NCBI GenBank assembly: GCA_965602395.1
Contig: CBFCYW010000004.1
Coordinates: 5,643 to 69,642, forward strand
DNA length: 64,000 nt
Reading direction: 5' to 3'
Source of the DNA: an uncultured Chromatiales bacterium
GTDB lineage: Bacteria > Pseudomonadota > Gammaproteobacteria > CBFCYW01
Shown here: in pieces, positions 41,969-51,359 of the stretch
How positions within the stretch are numbered: the first letter of the stretch is position 1
Layout: each line of letters starts with the position of its first letter
Notes under the pieces: generated by a model
The model's database searches: none
Seen by the model: the letters and a program-made list of their open reading frames with translations, nothing else
What the model was told of the DNA's origin: nothing
Program-made: the position numbers and the translations under genes

Positions 41969-43076
41969 TGACGATGCTCTTGGGGCTGGTCGCGGGCGCC
42001 CGCGGGCGCTGCGAAAAAATGTAGTCCAGGGCCAGCTGGCCCACCGGGCAGGCCCGGCCGCGCTCGGCGATCAGGTCGTGGTGGTGCAGTGCCGGCGTGG
42101 TATTGATTTCGTTGATGCCGCCGCCGCTGTCAGCCAGCGACACGCCGACATCCGGGCAGATCACATCGATGCCCAGCAGCTGCACGTCGAGCACCGACTG
42201 CACCTGTCGACCGAGGGCGTGATAGCTGGCGTGCACCCCGGCAAGCAGTTGGTGGTTGTCGCGCGAGCCGTTCTGGTTGACCGCCCCCTTGACCTCGATG
42301 CGCTGCTCCTCGGCGGGCACCGATTTCACGCTCAGCCCCTGGGCACTCAGGTGGTTGTCCACACCCGGATCGCAGGTCAGCGCCGACAGGCCGGTGTAGG
42401 GCGGCCCGCCGAGGCGCATCTGATTTTCCAGCGCGATCAGCGTGCGGATGTCGTGGCGGCCGTCGCCGATCACCGTTGGCGGGTCGCGACGGATGACGTC
42501 GATCAGCTCGCCGGCGAGATACAGAAAGCGGTAGTTGTCGCCCGGCAGCTGCTCCTCGACGAGGAAGCGCGTGCCGGCGCGCGCCGCGGCGAAAGTGGCA
42601 CGGCGCAGCGCTGTGTCATCCTCGATGCCGGTGGTCACACCGCGCCCGCCGGCGCCATCCACCGGCTTGACCACCACCGGGCGGCCGAGCTGGCTGAGAA
42701 AGCGCTGTGCGGTCTCGATTTCGCCGAGATCAAAGGCCAGGTGGCGCGGCACCGGCAGGTCGATGTCGGCGATCAGGCGCTGCGACAGGGCCTTGTCGCC
42801 GGCGATGGAGAGCAGCACGTGGTCGTCGATCTGCATCTCGAAGCCGTTGACGTAGGTCAGTGCGTCACCGCGACGGATGCGCAGCCAGCGGCCGCCGAGC
42901 TCTTCGAGCTCCGCGCCCATGGCCTCGGCGGTGCGCTGCCAGTAGTCGCTGTAGTAGCGGGTGCGCAGGGCGGCGTAGTCGCGCCTGAGGCGACGGGCTT
43001 CGATGTTCAGGGCTTGTCGGCCGCGCTCGGTGTAGCGCAGCAGGCGCGCGAGATTGCGTTGCAGGGTGGAACTCAT
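41961..43076 (-). CDS. ATP-grasp ligase resembling the N-terminal ATP-grasp domain of cyanophycin synthetase (no Mur-ligase domain)
   Basis: VVVKPVDGAGGRGVT, FLVEEQLPGDNYRFLYLAGELIDVIRRDPPTVIGDGRHDIRTLIALEN and LGIDVICPDVGVSLADSGGGINEINTTPALHHH align motif-for-motif with the CphA ATP-grasp region. Confidence 0.7.
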   Translation of the reverse strand: MSSTLQRNLARLLRYTERGRQALNIEARRLRRDYAALRTRYYSDYWQRTAEAMGAELEELGGRWLRIRRGDALTYVNGFEMQIDDHVLLSIAGDKALSQRLIADIDLPVPRHLAFDLGEIETAQRFLSQLGRPVVVKPVDGAGGRGVTTGIEDDTALRRATFAAARAGTRFLVEEQLPGDNYRFLYLAGELIDVIRRDPPTVIGDGRHDIRTLIALENQMRLGGPPYTGLSALTCDPGVDNHLSAQGLSVKSVPAEEQRIEVKGAVNQNGSRDNHQLLAGVHASYHALGRQVQSVLDVQLLGIDVICPDVGVSLADSGGGINEINTTPALHHHDLIAERGRACPVGQLALDYIFSQRPRAPATSPKSIVNG

Positions 43077-43096
43077 GCCTGTATCCGGCGCCCCGC

Positions 43097-43825
43097 TCAG
43101 TCGACGTTGACGCAGCCGGCGCTTTCCAGCGCGACGTCGACCCAGTCGTTGTTAAAAATGCCCTTTTTGACGTTCTCTTCGTAGCCGGCCGAATTCTGCT
43201 TTTGCCGGGTCAGGCGTTCGAGGGTGTCCTCGGCAAAATCCTGCCGCACCACCACCACGCCATCGCTGTCGCCGACCACCAGATCACCCGGATTGACCAC
43301 GATGCCGCCGCAGCAGACCGGGAAGTTGATCTCGCCGGGACCGCGATGCAGCGGGCCGATGGGGGTGATGCCGCGGGCGAACACCGGGAAGTTGATGGCG
43401 CGGATGTCCTCCACGTCGCGGATCAGGCCATCGACGATGAAGGCCTGAATGCCGCGGTGCTGGGCCTTGGTGGAGATCAGATCGCCGACGATGGCGTTCA
43501 TCTCGCTGGAGCCGGCGTCGATGACCAGCACGTCGCCGGGTTTGGCCACGTCCAGCACCTTGTGCACCATCAGGTTGTCGCCGGGGTAGCACTTGACCGT
43601 GGTCGCCGGCCCGCAGATGGGGGTATTGGTGGTCTGGTTTTTGATCTCCGGCCGCATGGTGTACAGCCGGTTGAGCATGTCGGAGACATCGGCCGCGGCG
43701 AACTGGCTGTAGGCCTCGACCATCTTCGCGCTGGGGCGCTCGATGTGATTGCGGATGCGAAAGCCCGGGCCGCGGTGCAGCTGGGCGGATTTCGGGGTTT
43801 CGGTTTTCGGCGCGGCGGTGCTCAT
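43097..43825 (-). CDS. RraA-family protein (RNase E inhibitor / 4-hydroxy-4-methyl-2-oxoglutarate aldolase / oxaloacetate decarboxylase fold)
   Basis: 242 aa; swivelling beta/beta/alpha fold motifs VLVIDAGSSEMNAIVGDLISTKAQHRGIQAFIVDGLIRDVEDI typical of RraA/MenG-like proteins. Confidence 0.7.
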   Translation of the reverse strand: MSTAAPKTETPKSAQLHRGPGFRIRNHIERPSAKMVEAYSQFAAADVSDMLNRLYTMRPEIKNQTTNTPICGPATTVKCYPGDNLMVHKVLDVAKPGDVLVIDAGSSEMNAIVGDLISTKAQHRGIQAFIVDGLIRDVEDIRAINFPVFARGITPIGPLHRGPGEINFPVCCGGIVVNPGDLVVGDSDGVVVVRQDFAEDTLERLTRQKQNSAGYEENVKKGIFNNDWVDVALESAGCVNVD

Positions 43826-43915
43826 TGAGTATCTCTCCGGGTTGATGACTGCGGCGGCCGCCGATCGGCGGCCGCGGAATGTAGCGTGGCGCCAGTCGCG
43901 CCGTTCGCCGTCGCC

Positions 43916-44971
43916 TCAGGCGACTTCGACCACCTGGCCGGGCTCGCCTTCGACCCAGGGGCCCTGGCGGATGCCGGTGTTGTAGTGGTCGCCGAATTCC
44001 CGGGTCAGCTCGCGCGCGTTGGGGATGTTGATCCACTTGCGCAACAGCAGGCGCTTCTCCTCCGGCTGATCCGAGTCGGTGAAGGCGGCGCGGGTGTGGA
44101 ATACCGTGTGGTTGCTCAGCAGCAGCAGGTCGCCGGATTCGAGCATCACATCGGTGCCGTACTCCTCGCACACGGAGAGTTCGGCAACTTTGTTGATCGC
44201 GTCCTTCTCCAGCTGGCTGAGCGGCGGCACGCCCGGCAGCTGCTCGGCGGTGAGCATCGCCTTCTGATTGAAGCGGCAGCTCAGCTTGCCCTGGTGGTAA
44301 GAGTAGACCGGTACCCGGTGCGCGGTGATATCGGCGTACTTGCCCGGCGGGCCACTGCCGCGCAGGTTGTAGTGGAAGCCGGTGTACAGCGGTTCGAGAT
44401 ACTCGCGATGATTGGCGAGAATCTCGTTGTAGATCGCCATCGAGCTGGCCAGGGTGTTGATGCCACCCTGTTTGGCCTGGCGGACGCACAGCAGCGAGAC
44501 GATGTCGCCGGAATCGCAATGCGGGGTCAGCTCGGCGTTGGTGGTGTAGCCGCGCACGGCGATGTCGTCGTAGCTCATGCCGCGATCGGCAACGTGATCG
44601 ATCAGCGTGCCCTGCGGGTCCTGCACGATCGAATGGCCGATATGCGCCGCAACCCCGGCGTACAGCAGCTCCTGCTGCTCGATGGTCTTGCCCTGCACCG
44701 GCATGCCCTTGAGCACGGCGATGCCGCGGCCGTCTTCGATCTGGTCGCGCAGCTTGCCCACCAGCGGGCCGATGTGCGGCAGCGGGAAATCCGCCTCGCG
44801 GATCTCGCCGTGCGCAAGCCCCTTCGCCTGCACCTGCTGCAGTGCGGATTCGATCTCCGAGATCTCCTCGGCACTCAGCTCGTAGACCCAGGAGCGGTCG
44901 TTTTCCATATCGGCCCGGGTCCACGCCGAAGCGTCGTTCACCGGTTCCAGCAACATCTCGTATTCAGCCAT
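43916..44971 (-). CDS. TauD/TfdA-family (clavaminate-synthase-like) Fe(II)/2-oxoglutarate-dependent oxygenase
   Basis: Start MAEYEMLLEPV; GIAVLKGMPV N-terminal motif; HCD facial-triad start (TPHCDSGD); distal His (NHTVFHTRAAF); length and spacing resemble CAS-like amino-acid hydroxylases. Confidence 0.7.
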   Translation of the reverse strand: MAEYEMLLEPVNDASAWTRADMENDRSWVYELSAEEISEIESALQQVQAKGLAHGEIREADFPLPHIGPLVGKLRDQIEDGRGIAVLKGMPVQGKTIEQQELLYAGVAAHIGHSIVQDPQGTLIDHVADRGMSYDDIAVRGYTTNAELTPHCDSGDIVSLLCVRQAKQGGINTLASSMAIYNEILANHREYLEPLYTGFHYNLRGSGPPGKYADITAHRVPVYSYHQGKLSCRFNQKAMLTAEQLPGVPPLSQLEKDAINKVAELSVCEEYGTDVMLESGDLLLLSNHTVFHTRAAFTDSDQPEEKRLLLRKWINIPNARELTREFGDHYNTGIRQGPWVEGEPGQVVEVA

Positions 44972-45287
44972 TTCCAGCAATTCTCCGTGTCCGGCTGCGC
45001 TTCGGCGCGCTGGCCGCACAGCCTCGGTTCGGTATCTTTGGTTCCGCCGACCGACCTGTGCAGGGGCTGCGGAAGTGTCCGGGCGATTCTATCCATTGCC
45101 ACAGCGAGGTAATGCGAACTGTATCTTAACTGCCGCGGCAGACGCCCCGGCGCACCGCCAAGCAGCCGGCAAAGCCCACGCTATCAGCGCCACAGGCGAT
45201 GCGCTAGAGTGGCGCGCGGCAGCAGAACCGACCGCCATCGGAACGCTCCAAAGACACAGCACAAACGCACCGCGGGAGGCGCAGCAG

Positions 45288-46553
45288 ATGCAGTTTTCCA
45301 GTTTCGGCGAGCAGTTCACCGGCCCCTGCGGCACCGTGCAACTGATGGACGACCTCGGCAGCGCCATGGCCGGCGATGCGCCGGTGTGCATGCTCGGTGG
45401 CGGCAACCCCGGCCGCGTACCGCAGATCGAGGCGCGCTGCGCCGAACTGCTGGCCCGGCTGGCCACCGACGACAACGCCATCCATCGCCTGTTCGGCAGC
45501 TACGCCGGCCCGGCTGGCGAACAGCGCTTCATCGCCGCTCTCGCCGAACTGCTCGCCAGCGAGTATGGCTGGGCCATCAGCGAGCGCAACATCGCCCTTA
45601 CCAACGGCAGCCAGAACGCATTCTTTTACCTTTTTAACCTGTTCGGCGGGCGCTGGCCGGACGGTAGCGAAAAGAAAATCCTGCTGCCGCTGGCGCCGGA
45701 GTACATCGGCTACGGCGATGTCTTCGTCGCCGGCCGCCACTTCATCGCCAACCGGCCGAGCATCGAAATGCGCGGCGACGGCCTGTTCAAGTACCACGTC
45801 GACTTCGAAACCCTGGAAGTCGGCGACGACATCGGCGCCATCTGCGTATCGCGCCCCACCAACCCCACCGGCAACGTGCTCAGCGACGCCGAACTGGCGC
45901 AGCTCGACCGCATCGCGCAGAGCCGCGGCATCCCGCTGATCGTCGACAACGCCTACGGCCTGCCCTTCCCCGGGCTGATCTTCACCGGCGGCACCCCGCT
46001 ATGGCACGACAACATCGTGATGTGCCTGAGCCTGTCCAAATTCGGCCTGCCCGGTTTGCGCACCGGCATCGTTATCGCCCGCGAAGAGATCATCGACGCC
46101 ATCAGCCGCCTCAACGCGATCGTCAACCTGGCCCCCGGCAGCGCCGGCGCCGCGCTCACCGCACCGCTGGTGGAGAGCGGCGAAATCATCAGCCTCGGCC
46201 GCGAGGTGATCCGCCCCTTCTACCAGCGCAAGGCCGAGCAGGCGCTGGGCTGGCTGCGCGAGGCGCTCGGCGACTACCCGGTGCACGTGCACGTGCCGGA
46301 GGGCGCGCTGTTTCTGTGGCTGTGGTTCGAGGGCCTGCCGATCAGCAGCGCCGAACTCTACCGGCGGCTGAAGGCGCGGCGCGTCATCATCGTCCCCGGC
46401 GAGCACTTCTTTCCCGGCCTGGAAGGCGACGACTGGCGCCACAAGCGCGAATGCATCCGCCTGACCTACTCGCAGGACGAGACCAGCGTGCGCGAGGGCA
46501 TCCGCATCATTGCCGCAGAGGCCATCGCCGCCTACGACGAAGCCACCGGCTGA
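45288..46553 (+). CDS. avtA: valine--pyruvate aminotransferase (AvtA-like, class I/II PLP aminotransferase)
   Basis: Start MQFSSFGEQFTGPCGTVQLMDDLG; PLP lysine context SLSKFGLPGLRTG; overall co-linearity with AvtA. Confidence 0.75.
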   Translation: MQFSSFGEQFTGPCGTVQLMDDLGSAMAGDAPVCMLGGGNPGRVPQIEARCAELLARLATDDNAIHRLFGSYAGPAGEQRFIAALAELLASEYGWAISERNIALTNGSQNAFFYLFNLFGGRWPDGSEKKILLPLAPEYIGYGDVFVAGRHFIANRPSIEMRGDGLFKYHVDFETLEVGDDIGAICVSRPTNPTGNVLSDAELAQLDRIAQSRGIPLIVDNAYGLPFPGLIFTGGTPLWHDNIVMCLSLSKFGLPGLRTGIVIAREEIIDAISRLNAIVNLAPGSAGAALTAPLVESGEIISLGREVIRPFYQRKAEQALGWLREALGDYPVHVHVPEGALFLWLWFEGLPISSAELYRRLKARRVIIVPGEHFFPGLEGDDWRHKRECIRLTYSQDETSVREGIRIIAAEAIAAYDEATG

Positions 46554-46615
46554 GGTGCCGCCAGCGTCGTCGGCAGCTGCTACAATCGCGCGCCCCGCAG
46601 CAGCGAGCCTCGCGC

Positions 46616-49399
46616 ATGCCCCGCTTCGTCCCCGGCCAACGCTGGATCAGTGACCCGGAAACCGAGCTCGGCCTCGGCACCGTACTGCGCGCCGACGCGC
46701 GCACGGTGATGATCGTCTACCTGGCCTGCGGCGAGACCCGCACCTACGCCGCCGCCAGCGCGCCGCTGACGCGCGTCGAATTCGCCCCCGGCGACCGCGT
46801 GCGCCACCACGACGGCTGGACGCTGACGGTCGAAGCCACCACCCGCGACGGCGAGCTGCTGCGCTATCGCGGCCGCGACCAGCAGGGCCGCAGCGCCGAG
46901 ATCGGCGAAGCCGAGCTGGACGGTGAACTGGCCTTCAGCGGGCCGTTGGCGCGGCTGCGCAACGGGCAGATCGACGAAGACCGCTGGTTCCGCCTGCGCA
47001 GCGCCACCCACGAGCAATTACAGCGCCTCGCGCAGAGCCCGGTGGCCGGCCTCGTCGGGGCGCGCATCGCCGCCATCCCCCACCAGCTGTACGTCGCCGA
47101 CGAGGTCTCGCGACGCTACGCGCCGCGCGTGCTGCTGGCCGACGAAGTGGGCCTCGGCAAAACCATCGAAGCCGGCCTGATCCTGCACCGCCAGTGCCTG
47201 CAGGGCCATCTGCGCCGCGCGCTGGTGCTGGTCCCCGACGCCCTGCTCTACCAGTGGCTGGTGGAGATGCGGCGGCGCTTCAACCTGCACTTTGCGCTGT
47301 TCGATGACGACCGCCTGCAAGCCTGGCGCGAGTCGCAGAGCGAAGACGGCGACGCGCAAAACCCCTTCGACACCGCCCAGCTGGCGATCACCAGCCTTGC
47401 GCAGCTGTGCGCCGACAAGCGGCTCGCCCGCGCCGCGCTGGATGCCGAGTGGGACATGCTGATCGTCGACGAAGCCCACCACCTCGGCTGGGCGCCGGAT
47501 GCGCCGAGCCTCGAATACAGCCTCGTCGAAGCGCTGGCCAGCACCACCCCCGGCGTGCTGCTGCTGACCGCCACCCCCGAACAGCTCGGCGAGCAGGGCC
47601 ACTTCGCCCGGCTGCGCCTGCTCGATCCGCAGCGCTACAGCGACTACGCCGCCTGGCGCGACGAGGAGCAGGGCTACGCCGCCACCGCCGCACTGGCCGA
47701 GGCGCTCGACAGCGAGCAGCCGCTGAGCGAATCCGCGCTGGCCCGGCTCGGCGAACTGCTCGGCGAGCAGCAACTGACCGCGCTGCGCAGTGCAGCGGAT
47801 GACGGCGCCGCCCGCGAGCGCGCGCTGGCCGCGCTGATCGACCGCCACGGCACCGGCCGCGTGCTGTTTCGCAACACCCGCGCCGCGGTCGCCGGCTTCC
47901 CCGCGCGACGCCTGCACAGCCACCCGCTGGCGCGCCGCGACGCCGACCACAGCCAGCCCTGGTGGCGCGACGACCCGCGCATCGACTGGCTCGGCGGCCA
48001 CCTCAAAGACAGCTACCCGGACAAGACCCTGCTGATCTGCGCCGCCGCCAGCACCGCGCTGGACATCGCCGAAGCGCTGCGCCTGCGCTTCGGCATCGAC
48101 GCGCCGGTGTTCCACGAAGGGCTCAACCTGATCGAGCGCGACCGCGCCGCCGCCTGGTTCGCCGAGGCCGAGGGCGGCGCGCGCGCACTGCTCGCCTCGG
48201 AGATCGGCTCCGAGGGCCGCAACTTCCAGTTCGCCCGCCACCTGGTGCTGTTCGACCTGCCGGAAAGCCCCGATCTGCTCGAACAGCGCATCGGCCGCCT
48301 CGACCGCATCGGCCAGCGGCACGCGGTACAGATCCACCTGCCGCACTTCACCGACGGCCGCAACGCGCGCCTGCTGCGCTGGTACCACGAGGGGCTGGAT
48401 GCCGTCGAACACAGCTGCGCCATCGGCAGCGCGGTGGCCGCGGCGCTCGGCGAACGCCTGCCGGCGGCGCTGGATGGCGAAGCGCCTGCCTTCGAGCAGC
48501 TGCTGGACGAGACCCGCGAACTGGCCCGAGCGCAGCGGGCGCGCTTCGAAGCCGGCCGCGACCGCCTGCTGGAACGCGCCGCCTGCCGGCCGCGGCGCGC
48601 CGCCGAGCTGGTTGCCGCGCTGGCCGCCGAAGACCGCGATGCGCAGCTGCGCGACTGGCTGGAGCTGACCTTTGACGCCTTCGGCGTGGACAGCGAGGAG
48701 CACTCCGAGCGGGCCTGGATCATCAGCCCCGGCAACCATCTGCAAGTGGCCAGCTTCCCCGGCCTGCCCGAGGAGGGACTGACCGCCACCGACGACCGCG
48801 CCACCGCGCTGGCGCGCGAGGACATGGCCTTTCTCAGCTGGGAGCACCCGCTGGTGCAGGGCGCCATCGATCTGATCTGCCACGGCGAGCGCGGCCAGGT
48901 GACCGCCTGCGCCATCAGCCACCCGGCACTGCCGCCCGGCGCGCTGCTGGTCGAGGCGCTGCTGGTGGTCGAGTGCCCGGCGCCGCGCCAGCTCGGCGTC
49001 GAGCGCCACCTGCCGCAGACCGCGCTGCGGCTACTGGTCGACGAGCGCGGCAGGGAGCGCTCGGCGCAGCTGGGCGCGGCGCTGGACGACGCACAGGCGG
49101 TGCCGCCGAAGGTGGCGCGACAGATCGCCGCGGCGCGCCGCGATGCCCTGCTGAGTATCGCCGAGCGCGCCCGCCAGCGCGCCGAGGGCCGGTTGCCGGC
49201 ACTGCGCGAAGCCGCACTGGAGAGCATGCGTGAACACCTCGGCGCCGAGCTGGCGCGGCTGCGCGCGCTGGCCGCCATCAACCCGGCGGTGCGCGCCGAA
49301 GAGATCGAATACCTCACCGCGCAGCACAGCGCACTGACCGAGGCGCTGGGCGAGCTGCGCCTGCGACTCGACGCGCTGCGACTGGTATTCGCCCACTGA
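46616..49399 (+). CDS. rapA: RNA polymerase-associated Swi2/Snf2 ATPase RapA (HepA)
   Basis: Start MPRFVPGQRWISDPETELGLGTV (RapA N-terminal Tudor-like region); helicase motifs LLADEVGLGKTIEAG, DEAHHL, and C-terminal helicase domain. Confidence 0.88.
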   Translation: MPRFVPGQRWISDPETELGLGTVLRADARTVMIVYLACGETRTYAAASAPLTRVEFAPGDRVRHHDGWTLTVEATTRDGELLRYRGRDQQGRSAEIGEAELDGELAFSGPLARLRNGQIDEDRWFRLRSATHEQLQRLAQSPVAGLVGARIAAIPHQLYVADEVSRRYAPRVLLADEVGLGKTIEAGLILHRQCLQGHLRRALVLVPDALLYQWLVEMRRRFNLHFALFDDDRLQAWRESQSEDGDAQNPFDTAQLAITSLAQLCADKRLARAALDAEWDMLIVDEAHHLGWAPDAPSLEYSLVEALASTTPGVLLLTATPEQLGEQGHFARLRLLDPQRYSDYAAWRDEEQGYAATAALAEALDSEQPLSESALARLGELLGEQQLTALRSAADDGAARERALAALIDRHGTGRVLFRNTRAAVAGFPARRLHSHPLARRDADHSQPWWRDDPRIDWLGGHLKDSYPDKTLLICAAASTALDIAEALRLRFGIDAPVFHEGLNLIERDRAAAWFAEAEGGARALLASEIGSEGRNFQFARHLVLFDLPESPDLLEQRIGRLDRIGQRHAVQIHLPHFTDGRNARLLRWYHEGLDAVEHSCAIGSAVAAALGERLPAALDGEAPAFEQLLDETRELARAQRARFEAGRDRLLERAACRPRRAAELVAALAAEDRDAQLRDWLELTFDAFGVDSEEHSERAWIISPGNHLQVASFPGLPEEGLTATDDRATALAREDMAFLSWEHPLVQGAIDLICHGERGQVTACAISHPALPPGALLVEALLVVECPAPRQLGVERHLPQTALRLLVDERGRERSAQLGAALDDAQAVPPKVARQIAAARRDALLSIAERARQRAEGRLPALREAALESMREHLGAELARLRALAAINPAVRAEEIEYLTAQHSALTEALGELRLRLDALRLVFAH

Positions 49400-49471
49400 G
49401 CCCCCTCTGCCGCGACGCGCGGGCGGTAGCGCCGGCATTACAGCCCAATGAACGCAGCCACGGAACAAGCC

Positions 49472-50287
49472 ATGAACATCGTCTCCTTCAACGTCAACAG
49501 CATCCGCCAGCGCCAGCACCAGCTGGAAAAGCTGGTGGAAAAGCACGCGCCGGAGGTCATCGGCCTGCAGGAAACCAAGGTCAGCGACGAGAATTTCCCG
49601 CGCGCCGCCATCGAATCGCTCGGCTACCACGTCGAGTTCTTCGGCCAGAAGACCCACTACGGCGTGGCGCTGCTGTCGAAAGCCGCGCCGCTGGCGGTGT
49701 TCAAAGGCTTCCCCGGCGACGCGGAGGATGCCCAGCGGCGCCTGATCATCGCCGACTACCCCTGCGCCAGCGGCGGCCACTACCGGGTGATCAACGGCTA
49801 CTTCCCGCAGGGCGAAGCGCGCTCGCACGCGGTCAAGTTCCCCGCCAAGGAAAGGTTTTACGCCGATCTCGATGCCTACCTCGACGAGCACTGCGCGGCG
49901 CAGGACAAGCTGCTGGTGATCGGCGATTTCAACATCGCCCCGGTGGACGCCGACATCGGCATCGGCGAGGCCAACGCCAAGCGCTGGCTGCGCGACGGCA
50001 AGACCAGCTTCCTGCCCGAGGAGCGCGAGTGGTTCGCGCGGCTGGCGGCGCGCGGGCTGATCGACACCTATCGCCAGCGCTACCCGGACAGCACCGAGCT
50101 GTTCAGCTGGTTCGACTACCGCAGCCGCGGCTTCGAGCGCGAACCGCGCCGCGGCCTGCGCATCGACCACATCCTCGCCAGCCCGGCGCTGGCGGCGCGG
50201 GTCGAGGATTCGGGGATCGATTACGAGATCCGCGGCATGCTCAAACCCTCCGACCACGCCCCGGTGTGGACGCGCTTCTGCGCGTAG
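49472..50287 (+). CDS. xthA: exodeoxyribonuclease III
   Basis: [37 protein letters not shown]...SDHAPVW matches E. coli XthA; the ATG 24 nt upstream is also possible. Confidence 0.9.
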   Translation: MNIVSFNVNSIRQRQHQLEKLVEKHAPEVIGLQETKVSDENFPRAAIESLGYHVEFFGQKTHYGVALLSKAAPLAVFKGFPGDAEDAQRRLIIADYPCASGGHYRVINGYFPQGEARSHAVKFPAKERFYADLDAYLDEHCAAQDKLLVIGDFNIAPVDADIGIGEANAKRWLRDGKTSFLPEEREWFARLAARGLIDTYRQRYPDSTELFSWFDYRSRGFEREPRRGLRIDHILASPALAARVEDSGIDYEIRGMLKPSDHAPVWTRFCA

Positions 50288-50355
50288 CGGACAGTTGAAT
50301 CCGCGCAGCCGCGGCGGCAGCACGCGCCGTCCGGGCAGGTCGGGAACGGGCGGAT

Positions 50356-51264
50356 TCAGCCAGTCGGCGGCCGCTCGTCTGGCGGTCGCGTCGTCGGCTG
50401 CGCCGGCGCGCGGCTGGCCTCCCAGCCGAGCAGCGCCAGCTTGCGCGCCTCGCCCCAGTGGTAGCCGCCGAGCAGGCCGTCGCGGCGCAGCACGCGATGG
50501 CAGGGGATCAGCCAGGAAATCGGGTTGCGGCCGACCGCGCCGCCGACCGCGCGCACCGCATCGGGGCGGCCGAGCTGCGCGGCGATCTGCGAATAGCTGA
50601 TGCAGCTGCCGGCCGGCACCCGCAGCAGCGCGCGCCAGACCTGCAACTGGAACGGCGTGCCGGCGAGCAGCAGGCGCAGCGGCGCGCCGTGGCGATCGTC
50701 GCCAACCCCACCGAGCCGCCGGCACAGCGATTGCGCATAGCCTGCGGTGGCCGCTGGCGCCTCGCGGTAGTCGGCGCGCGGCAGCCGCGCGCGCATATCC
50801 GCAAGCGCCGCGGCACCGCCGGCCGAGTCGACAAAAGCCAGCCCGCTGAGGCCGCGCGACGTGGCCAGCAGCAGCGCCTCGCCGAAGGGCGTCGGGTGGT
50901 AGCCGTAGTCGATCTGCAGGCCGGCGCCGCGGCGCTTGAACTCGCCGGGGCTGAGCGCCTCGGCGCGCACGAACAGATCGTGCAGCCGCGAACCGCCGGA
51001 CAGGCCCACATCGGCGCTGGCCTCGAACACGCTGGCCGAAGCGGCGAGGCGGCGCTTGGCTTCGTCCAGCGTCAGCGATTGCAGGAATTTCTTCGGGCTG
51101 ACGCCGACCCAGCGCGAGAACAGGCGCTGAAAGTGATACTCGGAGAGCTGCACCGCGGCGGCGATCTCGGCCAGATCCGGCTGGCGGCGAAAGTGCCGCG
51201 CCAGATACTCCAGCGCGGCTTCGATGCGCCGGTAATCGGCGCTCTGCTGTGCGATCTCTTGCAT
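50356..51264 (-). CDS. AraC-family HTH fused to methylated-DNA--protein-cysteine methyltransferase (Ada/Ogt-like)
   Basis: N-terminal AraC HTH (LAEIAAAVQLSEYHFQRLFSRWVGVSPKKF); C-terminal MGMT active site IPCHRV with a preceding DNA-binding helix. Confidence 0.8.
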   Translation of the reverse strand: MQEIAQQSADYRRIEAALEYLARHFRRQPDLAEIAAAVQLSEYHFQRLFSRWVGVSPKKFLQSLTLDEAKRRLAASASVFEASADVGLSGGSRLHDLFVRAEALSPGEFKRRGAGLQIDYGYHPTPFGEALLLATSRGLSGLAFVDSAGGAAALADMRARLPRADYREAPAATAGYAQSLCRRLGGVGDDRHGAPLRLLLAGTPFQLQVWRALLRVPAGSCISYSQIAAQLGRPDAVRAVGGAVGRNPISWLIPCHRVLRRDGLLGGYHWGEARKLALLGWEASRAPAQPTTRPPDERPPTG

Positions 51265-51359
51265 GCCCGCAGGCTAGCCCGCCGCGGACTCGCCGGCCAC
51301 CCGCTTGTTGCGCTTCAGCCCGCCGCGGCCGCGCATCGACGGCGCATCGGCAGCGTCGC

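Noticed and set aside
47018-49009. 663-aa minus-strand ORF and 434-aa ORF antisense to rapA
   Set aside because: rapA has clear helicase motifs and correct synteny; the antisense frames are Ala/Arg/Gly-rich artefacts.
50296-50358. 9-bp inverted repeat (TGAATCCGC … GCGGATTCA) with a 45-nt GC-rich loop between convergent xthA and the Ada-like gene
   Set aside because: It could be a terminator-like structure, but it lacks a U-tract and the right arm overlaps the stop codon. Too weak to call as a terminator.
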